Shown here piece by piece: positions 1 to 12,452 of a DNA stretch of 37,851 bases. A program made the position numbers and the translations under genes. Every line of letters begins with the position of its first letter. The first letter of the stretch is position 1. The notes beneath the pieces are model-generated. The model worked only from the letters and a program-made list of their open reading frames with translations, was not told where the DNA came from and searched no databases. The stretch comes from Octopus bimaculoides. Lineage: Eukaryota. The DNA lies in assembly GCF_001194135.2 (NCBI RefSeq), contig NC_068999.1, forward strand, positions 37,300,451-37,338,301, given 5' to 3'.

Positions 1-509
1 ATATATATATTTATATATATATATAGTTGTGTGTGTGTGTGTGTGTTCTTATTTATATGTATGTATTCTAGATCTATTGCTAAGAAGGTGAATATATATA
101 GAATTATAGTAGTATGGAATTTTAAGTCAATGCATAATGTGATAAGGGTTGCTAGGCATATTTTGTTTGATGACTTTAAAAGTTAATCTTCTGTAACTTA
201 TCCAGTTAGTATGCTATAGCATCACCCCACTAACTCAAATAGAGGAAGTGACAGAGCAGCACTTCAGCACCACCTGCTGGCCTGTTACTGCAACCATGTC
301 AAAACAATTGACATAGCAAACATACGTCTGCATTTATATATATATTCACACATGCACACACTACCCTCTGGTTGGTGTTAGGGAGGGCATTCAGACATGG
401 AAACCATGGCAACCAGAATCATTGCAGTTCGTCTGCCAACCTATTATATCTTGTCAAACTGTTCTACTCATGCCAGCATGAGAAACAGATGTAAAACGAT
501 GACAATCAC

Positions 510-576
510 ACACATACACACACACACACACACACTCTCACACACACACATGCAAACACACACACACACACACTCA

Positions 577-617
<41 letters not shown>
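510..617. repeat. (CA)n microsatellite
   Basis: Read directly. Many other tracts exist, e.g. (TA)n 5611-5672, mixed TA/CA 8230-8530, (GA)n 16017-16062, (AAAG)n 35545-35577, (AAC/AAT)n 36595-36646. Confidence 0.98.
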
Positions 618-620
<3 letters not shown>

Positions 621-747
621 ACTATAAATTAATGTTTTGCATTGCAAATGTCTGTGACAAAATAAAGAAATGATTATCATTGTTATATTAAGACAGAATT
701 AGTTGAGAGCTGGATAAGAGGCTTTGTGGTATTTGGCCATTATTTTG

Positions 748-1001
748 NNNNNNNNNNNNNNNNNNNNNNNNNNNNNNNNNNNNNNNNNNNNNNNNNNNNN
801 NNNNNNNNNNNNNNNNNNNNNNNNNNNNNNNNNNNNNNNNNNNNNNNNNNNNNNNNNNNNNNNNNNNNNNNNNNNNNNNNNNNNNNNNNNNNNNNNNNNN
901 NNNNNNNNNNNNNNNNNNNNNNNNNNNNNNNNNNNNNNNNNNNNNNNNNNNNNNNNNNNNNNNNNNNNNNNNNNNNNNNNNNNNNNNNNNNNNNNNNNNN
1001 N
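748..1001. other. Assembly gap (N run); others at 11673-11966, 14401-14426, 19734-20160, 24029-24529, 30588-30597, 31896-31905
   Basis: Runs of n in the sequence. Confidence 0.99.
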
Positions 1002-1340
1002 NGTTAGCTGAGTTCAATGGCTGTGCTGGTGGTGTTTGTGTGTCAATTTATCAAATTATTATTTTTTTTTATTGCTGCATATATACATCAGCTGTAAATG
1101 AACACAAGCAATTGTTATATTTTAACACTACCATATTTTAAAAATAAATACAGTGGGCATGAAATTTTTATTTTCACTATATTCTTCTAATTTCTCATTT
1201 GTATCATAAATTTAATTTTTTTTTTTTTTTACTTTTTGTTTTGTTTCCTGGAATACTGAAAATGCAAAAAAAAAAAAAGAAAAGCTTTATGATTACTGCT
1301 TGGACACAGGGGAAATTATTCGACAGGACTATGCACTTAC

Positions 1341-1366
1341 AAATTATTTTCAACACAATGAACAAA
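1341..1366 (-). CDS. Candidate downstream micro-exon (26 nt, phase 0-2, FVHCVENN)
   Basis: Pyrimidine-rich tract ending ctcttcactgcAG, donor GTAAGT. The phase-0 start fits the 9873 exon, but the exon is too short to judge. Confidence 0.3.
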
Positions 1367-1814
1367 CTGCAGTGAAGAGTGTATAATGAGTTATGAGAAA
1401 AATGAATAAAACATACTTTTTTCCTCTGTTTCTTTTTGTTTCTTTCGTATCAAATTGGTTTCATTAGATAAATTGCTTTCAGTCTGCAAAAGTCAAACCA
1501 TTACAACTTGATATTATTTCTCAAATAGGGTAGCAAGAACTCTATAGTGTAACAACTAATCTCACAGCGATCAACAAGTCCATGACTTGCTTTCAATTCC
1601 CTTGATAGAAAATGTATTTCATTCATGCTATTAATGACCTTGAAAAGGTTTGAGGTGTCACACATTTTCATTTGTTTTTTTCTTTTTCCCAAACCCCATC
1701 TAAATCTGAAGTCTTCTCGTCATGTAAGAAAGGCTCAGGTAGTATCATAACCAGTACTACTTTATTAGAGCTAAAAGTCCAGTTGTTTCATCATCATTTT
1801 TATTATTGTTGTTG

Positions 1815-2178
1815 TGAATATCTTAGAAATATAGTAAAAATTCAAATAACTTGGAAGTACAGTAAACTTTAAGAGCACTCTTGATGAAATCAATGTTACA
1901 ATATGTAAGGCTACAATTGTTTTTGGAAAACTTTCCCATCATTTGCGGAATGACAACAGTATCAGTTTGAAAATTTAAAGAAGTGCATAGAAATCTCGTA
2001 TTTTGAACACACTTTTGTACAAGGTAGAAACATGGATTCCTTACTACAGACATGCAAAGAAACTTGAAACCTTTCACATGTGCTGTCTGTACAATATCTG
2101 CAACATAAAATGGCAAGAGAAGATATTAAATGCCAAAATTTTAGTAAAATGTGATATCTCCAGTATCAAAAGCTGTTT
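1815..2178 (+). mobile_element. RTE-clade LINE, decayed RT C-terminal fragment
   Basis: Translates as FK*LGSTVNFKSTLDEINVTICKATIVFGKL...NTLLYKVETWIPYYRHAKKLETFHMCCLYNICNIKWQEKILN, matching the RTE pattern FKYLGS/LYGCETW/FHMRCLRxIxxIKWQD; internal stops. Confidence 0.85.
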
Positions 2179-2197
2179 AGAATTCAGTGAAGATGTA

Positions 2198-2797
2198 TAT
2201 TGTTATTGTTGTTATTTTTATTGCTATTACTTTTTGATGAAACTCTCAGCATATTTTGCGAGGTAGAAGTGTCAGCTACACACAGCCAGCAAGCTAAGGC
2301 AATTGGTTTATGCTTCAAGAACCCTGCAGAGACTCATGCAGTTCCAAACAATGTGGATTTTTGTAGGTGTTCTACTTTCACAATTTCACCAATCTTTTCG
2401 AGCCATGTTGCAAGTTGAGTACTGATACTTCCAAGCATGCCAATCACTACTGGTATCACATCTACTCTCTTCATTGCCCACAACTTGCATATTTCCCACT
2501 TCAATTCATCGTATTTGCTTACTTTTTCTTCTTATTTCTTTTTCTTCCAGTTGTCACCTGGACATGCAATGTTGATTATCTCTTTTACTCTTTTACTTGT
2601 TTCAGTCATTTGACTGTGGCCATGCTGGAGCACCGCTTTTTTTTTAGTCGAGCAAATCGACCCCAGGTCTTATTCTTTGTAAGCCTAGTACTTATTCTAT
2701 CGATCTCTTTTGCTGAACCGCTAAGTTACGGGGACGTAAACACACCAGCATCGGTTGTCAAGCGATGTTGGGGGGACAAACACAGACACAAACATAT

Positions 2798-2844
<47 letters not shown>

Positions 2845-3545
2845 CATATATACGACAGGCTTCTTTCAGTTTCCGTCTACCAAATCCACTCACAAGGCTT
2901 TTTTTCTCTTTTGTTCACCACAACGTCAGGTTTCCAACGTTTCCACCTGATGATCACACTGAATCGTTGATTGCATCCCACAAAATTGTGCAAACTTCAT
3001 TCTCAGTAACCCCTTCTTTGCTCTTTGTAAGCCTTGATTTCCACTGAGCTCCCAAAGTTGTCTTTTGTATTCATGCTGTGCCAATTCCAGACATTCACTA
3101 ACAATGTGCCATCCTGTTTCACCCCTCTCACCACACATTCTATATTTATTGTTGTCAGTAGTGTTGTCACTTCAGCACTTCACATAGATAGTCCTTAACA
3201 CTTGTTCTTCTGCTGTTCATATAAATGCTTCTGTCTCTGTCTTGGTGTTTCTATCTCTTTCAAACTGACCATACATTTTTTTTCCTTCCTTTTTCTTTCT
3301 TTCTTTTTTTTTTTGAGTTCTTCTCCTCTTAAAGTTTTTTTTCTTTACACTATTATCAATTTTGATGATGCCGGACTTCTGCATATGTTTCAGCAATGGT
3401 TCCATGACATTTTTTACGTACCATCATAACCTGTTTTCCTCTGCTTCTACACAATCCTAGCAACTGATCAAATCTCTTCCACTTTTTTCTTCTGGGCAAG
3501 TACAACCTACCAGTGTCACTCTTGGGATAGAATGCTGAATTCTAT
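2198..3545 (-). mobile_element. Dong/R4-type (RLE endonuclease) LINE, 5'-truncated and decayed, split by a SINE
   Basis: RLYLPR..GRDLISC, KMYGQFERD, the zinc knuckle MCGERGETGWHIVSEC, KPDVVV, IINIACPGDN, KVSKYDELKWEICKLW..VIPVVIGMLG..LQKSTLFGTA, then a 3' UTR and an (AAT/AAC)n tail. Confidence 0.9.
2580..2900 (-). mobile_element. tRNA-derived SINE family A, 5'-truncated, inside the R4 endonuclease region
   Basis: Reverse complement matches the 11503-12116 copy (gccttgtgagtggatttggtagacggaaactgaaagaagc ... gactgaaacaagtaaaagagtaaaagag) with an internal (TA)n tract. Confidence 0.85.
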
Positions 3546-3550
3546 CTTAA

Positions 3551-3872
3551 ATTATTATTATTATTATTATTATTATTCAGTAGTTTTATTTTTGTAAGGT
3601 GCTTTCACTTCACTACCGGGCGCAGCTCTGTGCGCCTTGGGTATGTGCTGTGGTTTGCTGTGATGCTCTTATGGTTACTGTATTGAAGTGTTTTGCATAG
3701 GATGTGTGCAGTGCCCAGTAGTGCAATTTTCTGTGTTATATATATTTGTAAGTCCTGGTGTTTTTGTTATGTAATTGTCTGAATATTTTTTTATTATACC
3801 TAAGGCACCTACTATGATAGGAATTGTTTCTGTTTTTAGATTCCACATTCAAGTTACCTCTATTTCCAGGTC
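3551..3872 (-). mobile_element. Second R4/RLE-type LINE family, 3'-end fragment
   Basis: DLEIEVT*MWNLKTETIPIIVGALGII..PGLTNIYNTQKIALLGTAHIL, then a short 3' UTR and (AAT)n tail. Confidence 0.85.
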
Positions 3873-5605
3873 TTATTATTATTATGATTATAAGAAAAAC
3901 TTTTATCACAAAAATGGTGAGCTAGATTTAAAGCTGCTACATATGGGCTGAGTTGATAGTGTGCTGAACTATCAACAGAAAGGTTAATGGTTCATATCTC
4001 ATAATTGATATGACACTGTGTTCTAACTATAATCAACACACTTAACTGTTGCATATCAGTGAACGAACTTCCATTTATGTGGTTGCTTGATCTGCTGAAA
4101 ATGGCTGCCAAATCTCCTCCAAATCATGCTTATTGTCTTAAATAAGAAAAGTGTACACTAGATAAAATATTTGTTGATAACTTTTTAGAATACCTGTGTT
4201 CATGGGCCATCTCAATCACTATTGATTTGGAGCTAAACAACATAAAAAATAACCACAACACTTTAATTAACAATTATCTCAAGTTATCTAGCTGCCAACA
4301 AGTGCTGGTGCCATGAATTGTACAACTCACTGCTGTAGGCAGAAGATTCATTGTAGAATCAGTTATGTATTTCATTAGCTTGCCAGACTACTTTTCATAT
4401 TTCCTGATAAATAAAGGCTTCAAAGAGGACTGAGCTTTTGCTATCCTAATTTTACTAAGATCTTTTACACAAAGACAAACCTTCAAAGGATTAAGCCAAC
4501 AGGGAAGTGCTTCAATGGCCTTATAACACCCTATGTCACAATGGAATATGGAATTCAAATCTTCTGGTGCATTCAATGTCCCAGGCTCTCCTCTTTTTGT
4601 CATCTTCATTGTGTTTCAACCCACCCATAAAATCCACACCAACACTCTTTGGCCAATCATTTAATCATTCATGCTCAATCCAGAACTACAGTCCTCTACT
4701 ATTCAATTGCTACAATGTACAAAGATTGAAACCGAAAACATCAGCCATTTCAATCTCACCAAACTGAGAGGACATCTAAACAAGAAGAAAGTCTCTGAAA
4801 AACACAAGGACTTTTGATATTGGTATTGAGTCATAAACTTTGGCAACAAACACAAGTGTTGAACCAGTCCCAGTCATAAACTGAGAATATATTTTATTAA
4901 TTCAGGGATGATGAAAAGCAAAGTGAATGTCAGTTAGATTTGATCTGAGAAAAGAAAAGAATGTAAGTTAATACCACATACAGTGAAAGACATTCCAGCT
5001 ATGACCATCCCATCTTGTTTTCAGATATAGTATATCTAGTACTATATAATCACATACGTCCTTCCCTTTTCAAGAGAGCAGATTGTAATTTGAAAGAGAT
5101 TTGACAGCTATTTCTAGCAGGATAACTGACCACATACATTAACAACTACATAGACATAGATAAATGGATGGATTGGTATGTGTGTATGCTGTACGTATAT
5201 GGATAGGTTGATAGTTAGGTATGTAGGTAGGTTGAAATGTAGACAGACAGACAGACAGACAGACAGATTTGCAGATTTAATCGATGTTAAGAAGTACATC
5301 AAGCTGCAAAATACTTTCCACAACAGTTCATTCAAGTGTTTAAGATTTGCAAGAAAATAAAATCAAACATATGCTAGTGTTTCTTTTTAAAACATAAACC
5401 AAAATAAACTAAACTGAATTGAGTTCCCTGTTTCTTTCCATTTAAAAATTTAAAACATATTTAAAAACATTAAATGAAACAAAAAATACTAATTTTCATA
5501 TGAACTTGTTACAGGTATTTATGTATATCTATGTGTGTTTATGTATGTAAGTATGTATGTGTACATGTATGTGTATATACGTGTGAAGATATGTGTGTTT
5601 GTGTG

Positions 5606-5675
<70 letters not shown>

Positions 5676-6039
5676 TCCATGTATGGTTGTGTGTAAACAT
5701 ATGAAAATTTTGCATGTATGTATGTGTGTGTTTAAGTGTGATTATACCTATATTGGTATGTGTGCTATGTCTCTTGGCATGTATGTAAATATTTAAAATT
5801 AGAAACAAATATCAAGATAAGCATAAAGGAAAAATCAATTTAAATTATATGCAGGTGGTTTGTATAACAGAGTATTGAAGAACAAAAAAATTATTGAAAT
5901 ACATCTCTCTGATTTTCTCATGTATACAATGTATGTATAAAATACCTATTTGGCAACAATTAAATGGTATATGCATTGAGAAGCTTACTACAAATAAAGT
6001 AGCCAAATGTATAAGATACTAAATTACCATCACACGAAT

Positions 6040-6378
6040 ATTGAATTTGGCTTTGGTGGGGCTCTGATCAATTTGGACCAATTGAAAGCATTCAATAGGG
6101 TCGTCCATCACAACTTGGAAGCTGTCCTGAAAGCAGTCAGTTTTGAATCCATTTTCAGTAGCTAGCACTTTATAATGCACAGTGACACCAGCACAGTGGT
6201 CAAAGCAAACAGTCACCTATCACAACTATTTCACATCTCACACTCAGTCCATCATAGCTGCCTACTGTCACCTCTTTTGTACATGTGGCTCTCAAGACAC
6301 AGCTGCAGGGGGCATTCCTTTTGAACTGGGAGGGTGATGATGACATCACCATCATGATGTTGAATGTCACTGAAGTCA
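6040..6378 (+). mobile_element. Tx1/L1-clade reverse transcriptase fragment, decayed
   Basis: GGALINLDQLKAFNRVVH..SHLSQLFHISHSVHHSCLLSPLLY..DDITIM corresponds to the L1/Tx1 motifs LDQxKAFDRV, SVRQGCPLSPLLY and ADDVT. Confidence 0.75.
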
Positions 6379-6380
6379 AA

Positions 6381-6771
6381 CTATGCTGGATCATAGATAT
6401 AGCGTGCCCAGCTGACAACAAGGTATGCGATAAGGATGAAAGAAAAGTCGAGCGATATGACAGGTTAGCATGGTAAGTTAAGCTAACTTCCCAGGTCGAT
6501 GAAAAAGGTAGCAGTAGTACCAATAATTGTTGGAGCCCTGGGAACAGTGAGCAAAAATCTCGAGAAGTACGTGGAACAAATAGGGGCTGCAATAAGGGTG
6601 GAGCACTTGCAGAAAACAGCACTGCTTGGAACTGCTCGAATAATCCGGAAGGTGCTCGAAAAATAAGAGGTGTGACCTTAGTTCACTGGTTGTGAACAGC
6701 TGACACCGTAGTACATCTCCAGCGTTAGAAGCTGTGCAAAGGCATAATAATAATAATAATAATAATAATAA
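6381..6771 (+). mobile_element. Dong/R4-type LINE 3' end (RLE C-terminus, UTR, (AAT)n tail)
   Basis: CWIIDIACPADNKV..KVERYDRLAW..MKKVAVVPIIVGALGTVSKNLEKY..EHLQKTALLGTARIIRKVLEK* (stop 6664-6666). The UTR motif ccttag..ctgg.tgtg..agctgacac is shared with the 2198 copy. Confidence 0.9.
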
Positions 6772-6773
6772 AC

Positions 6774-6918
6774 ACTGGAATAACAGCAGAAGAAAGATGG
6801 TATAGGCACATGCCAGAAAAGGTCACAGAAAATGAGAAAGCAACCGATTTACAAGGAACAATGCTGCTAAACCAATATTGACAGGCTATATGTGCCTAGG
6901 AACAAGGGAGAAAGAAGG
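6774..6918 (+). mobile_element. Two further short R4-type fragments
   Basis: GITAEERWYRHMPEKVTENEKAT (pre-RLE linker) followed by NIDRLYVPRNKGERR (post-RT motif). Confidence 0.65.
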
Positions 6919-7043
6919 AAAATACCAACCTTTTTTTTAACCAGACATTCATCACAACATACATACCCATCAACACACGACTGGTTACATTCCAAACATG
7001 TTGAAAGGACATCAACACAACACACACACACAAATATATATAA

Positions 7044-7410
7044 GAGCAGGTGTGGCTGTGTAGTAAGAAGCTTCCTTCCTAACCACATAGCTCTAGGTTC
7101 AGTCACACTGCATGGCACCTTGTGAGTGGATTTGGCAGATGCAATTTGAAAGAAGCCTATCATATATATATATATATATGTATGTATTTTTGTGTGTGTC
7201 TTTGTGTTTTGTGTTTGTCCCCCTCATCCTCACTTGATAATTGGTGCTGATGTGTAACCTAGCAGTTCGACAGAAGAGAATGAGAGAATAAGTATTAGAC
7301 TTAAAATGAAGAGTCCTGGGCTGGATTTGTTCAGCTAAAGAACCCTTGAGGGTGGCACCCCGGTATGGCTGCATTCAAATGAGTGAAACAAGTAAAAAGA
7401 TAAAAAGATA
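7044..7410 (+). mobile_element. SINE family A, older near-full-length copy
   Basis: Box A-like tggctgtgtag and box B-like ggttcagtcac; shared core gtgagtggatttggcagatg; tail gaaacaagtaaaaagataaaaag. Confidence 0.85.
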
Positions 7411-8925
7411 CATACATACATATGTGTGTGCGTATGTGTTTTGTGTGCGTATGTGTTTTGTGTTTTGTGTGTTTGTGTGTGTGTGTGTGTGCATGTATTT
7501 ATTTGTTTATGTTACCTTGTAGTTGCTTTAACACAAAGTGAATATTTCAATTCATTCAGCCTTTTAAATCAAACATAGAAGAAAGTTTACTTAGCATGAA
7601 GAAATCCCCAATTGAAAGTATAAATAACTGTTTGCCATATATGTGAGAAGCAAGTGTCTGTCCATTATGTGTACATATATATATGTGTGCATTTATATAG
7701 GTGCATGTATTCATGTGTATTTATTTTGATAATTAAAGTCCTGTGAAGCAATGGGCTACAGATATGCCTTCTATTTAATCTTCCTCTTCTTCATCTTTTT
7801 CACCATCATCAAGATGTCATTCAATGATATATACAGTAATGGATTGTTACTTTGATATGGTGCAGTACACATTGAAATATTTCGATTTGTTCACAAACAC
7901 AAACACACATGTGTGTGTGTGTGTGCATGCATGTGTGTATGCATGCATGCACATGTGTGAATGCATGCATGTGTATATGTCAAAAGAACTTAGTGATATA
8001 TTTTTGAATCAAAATTTATTTCTTGTAAGCATGCTGCTGCTATCATGCAATAAACAGCTTTAATGAAATTTTAACACAACCTCTCTCAGAATGGAGAATT
8101 ATTATTTAATATATACTTAAGCTGTGAGCTAGTAGAGATAATTTAGAAGTGAAACCTGAAATACTTATTCAAATCTAATTTATATCTAACGGAAATTTTT
8201 ATTTTATAGTTGAAGTAGATATAATATGGATATATAGTTGTGTGTATATATATGCGTGTATGCATGTAAGTACGTATGTATCTATGTATGTATGCATGTA
8301 TGTATGCATATATATATATGAAAAAGTGTTTATACATATATGCATCTATGTGTGCATATGAATCTGCATGTTGTATATGTGTGCATGTACACATAAATAG
8401 GCATAATTCATACATGCATACATCCACACATTTGTACATGCATGTACATACATACATTCATGTACATACATACACATACATAGCATACCATTCAATATAT
8501 TATACATATATACATATGCATGTATGTATCTAAGAAGTAAGCTTCCTAAACAATTTCAAATGTAAATAATTGATGCTAAAAATATAATGGAACATATTTC
8601 AAATGTAATTGAACAGATCAATGTTAAACTGATTTTAAACTAATACTCCATTAAAAGCCTATATTACATTTTCTGGATGTTAGTTCTTATGTTAGTTTCT
8701 TTTTACTAAAACGTTTGCTATCACTTTCATTTCTTCCATATGTGATTTATAAAACTGTGCTATGATCCTGGATCACCAGGTTCAATTCCAGGTTGACTTA
8801 TTCTTTCCTTTTTTTCCTGATTCATTCTCAATCAATTTAATCTTTTATCATTTAACTCTTTATTTTTTAAATATAGGTTCAGTATATAATTAAAATTATA
8901 TTTACTGCATATCTAAGCATATATA

Positions 8926-9300
8926 TCTATAATAATAAATGTGAAATTCTGTCTGTCTGTGTGTCTGGAACCCAGTATCTCAGTCTACATTTGCTCTACA
9001 TAGGCATATATCTTTTGGAATCAGAATGATCCTGGGACTGAAAATCTGCCCTTCATTTTGTTCTTCAGCATACAGCTTTGGGATCAGGTCTGGATGAGGA
9101 TTTGTTATATGCTAACAGTTGTAACTTCACAAATTTTGGGGGTTCTTTTAAAATTTGAAGTTACAAGTTTTTCATTTAAACTGAATTTAAAGTAATACCA
9201 TATTAGTAGGGTACCAATAAATGCTTTATTATTATTGCTCACTTTAGCCCTCCACAGGAGCCAGCCGAAAAATCTGCACAGAGTGCAGCTTTTAAGCTAG
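8926..9300 (+). mobile_element. Non-autonomous Helitron (375 bp)
   Basis: Sits between A(8925) and T(9301); 5' TC, 3' CTAG; subterminal hairpin CTGCAC-aga-GTGCAG (9274-9288) 8 nt before the CTAG; no TSD. Confidence 0.75.
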
Positions 9301-9872
9301 TTTAATATATATTTAATATGTTGGTTGGTTAAAATTGCTTTCCTTCTTCACTCAAAACATCTTTTTGATATTCCGAGAGAATGCTTGGCTCTGTGATGAA
9401 GAAGTTCACTTTGCAGCTATGTGATTCAAGATTCAACTCTATCTTACTGCCCCTTGACTATTTTCAACTATTTTTAACAGTCCAATATATGCTTATTCAG
9501 TGTCCACACATTGCTGATTCTGAAAGTTAATGTCAAATCGCTGTTACAATATATGGAATGAATCCAGCCATCAGCAACAATAATAAAAATAAAAATAATA
9601 ATAATAATAATAATAATATGGTGGTGGTAGTGATGATTCTGTAAGTAGAGTGTCAAACTAAATGTATTACAGTAAATAGTTTTGTCCTGTTCTCAACTCA
9701 AATCCTATTACATTTCAATTTCCCTTTCATTCCTTCAGGACTGATAAAGTAAATAACAGCTCTTTGATAAAGTAAATAGCAGAGACTGGGTTGATTCTAT
9801 CAACTCTACCTCATCCTTTACAAAAATTGGCCACATGCTTAAAGAAGAAATCAATATTCTTTCAATACTCAC

Positions 9873-9936
9873 ATAGAATGCTTTGGCATTTCTCAGTTTC
9901 TGAGCAATATCAGATAACTGTTTCTCTAGTTCTTTT
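9873..9936 (-). CDS. Host gene exon, 64 nt, phase 2-0, KELEKQLSDIAQKLRNAKAFY, coiled coil
   Basis: Acceptor tttttacttttaccaattctacttttAG, donor tat|GTGAGT; continues the frame of the 16708 exon. Confidence 0.85.
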
Positions 9937-10607
9937 CTAAAAGTAGAATTGGTAAAAGTAAAAATATAAAGTAATTTTCTTGATTTAGAATAAATTTGTT
10001 AAAAAAACAAATATTTTATTATTTTATATTGAGCTTTTTACCTGAAGAAAATTATGAAAAGAAAATCAATCATTTTAAAAAACACTGAAGACTGTTGCAA
10101 TGATGGTTTAATATGAAATGATATATCAGAAATTCCACAAGTAGTGGCTGTATCTTTGCAATGTAATGTTTATAACTTTTCTACAACTGTCTGTAATAGG
10201 TACATTTCCCCAAAATAGCTCTGCCAATGAAGATAAGCATACTTCTGGAACTGAAATATAGTATTTGAAAAATTCACAAAGTCTATTTTTTCACCTTTTT
10301 CTCTCAGACCACTGATGTCATTGTGACAGTGGAATTTATGTAGTAAAGACAGAATGAGATAAATTTGGGTTGCTGGTTGAACAATGTTAAGTTGGGAGAC
10401 AGATTCAGTGCAAGTGACTACACATCAAAAATACTGACTGTCATAAATAAGAGATATAACTTTTCTACAATGGTTCCACAGAAGAACATGTATGTACATA
10501 CATACCACACACACAGTGAAATCCTTGTATTTATTGATACAAAATATATGGATCACAGAAGCTGACTGAAGTCAATGTGGGAATTCTACTGAAAGATACA
10601 TAGATAT

Positions 10608-10805
10608 CATCATCATCATCATCATTTAAGGTCAATGTTCCATGCTGGCAGAGGTAAGATGATTCGACAAGGATCCAGTGAGTCAAGGAATACATCGTGT
10701 TCTAGGGTCTGCTTTGGCATGATTTCTATGGCTGGATGCCCTTCTTAATGCCAACCACTTTATAGTGTGGACTGGTTGCTCTTTTTTTGTGCCACCAACA
10801 CTATT
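10608..10805 (-). mobile_element. SINE family C ((GAT)n tail), old diverged copy
   Basis: catcatcat tail, ttccatgctggca and ggctggatgcccttcttaatgccaaccac match the 19485 and 22854 copies. Confidence 0.7.
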
Positions 10806-11502
10806 GAAGTCACCCTGTAGCTCACAAGCCAACAAACCCCAAGCGAGGATTATGTTTCCTTTGTATGCTACATTTAAGTTAAGCTATGAAGAAAAGGTTG
10901 GAGTAGAGGAGAGAGAGAGAGAGTGAGAATTAATTATAGGTATTTCCAAGAAGATAATCAGTGATGATGAAGTGTCCAGGTGGCACCTCAAGTAGCAGGA
11001 GCAGTAGCTGGTGGGAGAATAGGGGTTTATAAGAATGTGTAGGGGAAAAAAAATTGCAGAAGTAGAAGCAGAAGGTAGGCAACATCTGTAGGGATTGAAG
11101 GGAGGGTGTGCATGAGTTGGGGAGGCTATATAATGTATGTGCGTGTGTGTGTGTGTGTGTGTGTGTAATTATGAAAATTAAAACTGAGTCAATAAAATTG
11201 AGTGGTAAAGATGGTTAAATAGATAGTGTAGTGAATGATAACCAAGTGTGTATCCAGTCAGTGACAGAGCCTTTTGTCTATAGGTAAAATACTTAACTCT
11301 CAAATGGTGATGTGCACCTGAACTTGAATTGGTGTTGCATAGTAGAGAAAAGCTTAACACTATAATCACTTTCAGAGGTAGCTTGAAGAGTAAAAGAGTA
11401 GAACTCTCCCAAGGTAAGTTGCTTTAAGGTAAGTTACACTACATCAAATGACAAATACATCAAATGATTTACTTGTTTTTGTTTTTGTTTTTTATATATA
11501 CA

Positions 11503-12116
11503 TAGGCATAGGAGTGGCTGTGTGGTAAGTAGCTTACTTACCAACCACATGGTCCCAAGTTCAGTCCCACTGCGTGGCATCTTGTGCAAGTGTCTTCTAC
11601 TATAGCCTCGGGCCGACCAAAGCCTTGTGAGTGGATTTGGTAGACGGAAACTGAAAGAAGCCCATCGTATATNNNNNNNNNNNNNNNNNNNNNNNNNNNN
11701 NNNNNNNNNNNNNNNNNNNNNNNNNNNNNNNNNNNNNNNNNNNNNNNNNNNNNNNNNNNNNNNNNNNNNNNNNNNNNNNNNNNNNNNNNNNNNNNNNNNN
11801 NNNNNNNNNNNNNNNNNNNNNNNNNNNNNNNNNNNNNNNNNNNNNNNNNNNNNNNNNNNNNNNNNNNNNNNNNNNNNNNNNNNNNNNNNNNNNNNNNNNN
11901 NNNNNNNNNNNNNNNNNNNNNNNNNNNNNNNNNNNNNNNNNNNNNNNNNNNNNNNNNNNNNNNNNNACTTAGCGGTTCGGCAAATAAGACTGATAGAATA
12001 AGTACTAGGCTTGCAAAGAATAAGTCCCGGGGTCGATTTGCTCGACTAAAGGCGATGCTCCAGCATGGCCACAGTCAAATGACTGAAACAAGTAAAAGAG
12101 TAAAACGAGTAAAGAG
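11503..12116 (+). mobile_element. SINE family A, young copy with its central microsatellite lost in an N gap
   Basis: tRNA-like head ggagtggctgtgtggtaag..gttcagtccc, core and 3' (gtaaaaga)n tail. Confidence 0.9.
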
Positions 12117-12411
12117 TATATTAGCTTTTGAGAACAATGAAGTCATTATATATTGCATATTGTGAACCACAAGTTTTTAATGATCCATTCACTGGTGCAC
12201 AACATTGAAGAGGGTGAACATAATTAGGAGGCACCTGTGCAACTACCAATATTTGACATGCTATTATTTATAGCTTTTTATGTAGCACAAGATCCAGTCT
12301 CCAAAAAGAATTATTTCACATTTTCTTGAAAGTTTATATATTCTTATGACCTCAATTAATTTATTGCCCTTTTTTCTCAATTTTTTACTTTTTTGGCTAA
12401 TGAATACTGAC

Positions 12412-12452
<41 letters not shown>

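Noticed and set aside
397-680. HT-, CV- and YI-repeat ORFs here and throughout (e.g. 5539-5808, 8143-8533, 30296-30776)
   Set aside because: Translations of (CA)n, (GT)n and (TA)n microsatellites.
688-1017. Long ORFs rich in X (also 11627, 19563-20216, 23786-24859)
   Set aside because: Artefacts of reading through N gaps.
1823-2116. Minus ORF MPFYVADIV...RNPCFYL resembling GPCR TM6/TM7 (NPxxY)
   Set aside because: It is the antisense frame of a clear RTE reverse-transcriptase fragment on the plus strand.
4440-4800. More complex sequence with a PGSPLFVIFI stretch and a possible 16-nt minus micro-exon (ttgtttAG|atgtcctctcagtttg|GTGAGA)
   Set aside because: No sustained frame or second motif; cannot distinguish an old LINE remnant from an exon by eye.
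7516-7560. Exon-like 45-nt segment with a good donor on the minus strand
   Set aside because: Open only in phase 2 while the upstream exon ends in phase 0; no linking exon found. Kept only as a candidate.
11376-11432. Plus-strand acceptor followed by two aag|GTAAGT donors
   Set aside because: No other plus-strand exons found to chain with; likely chance.
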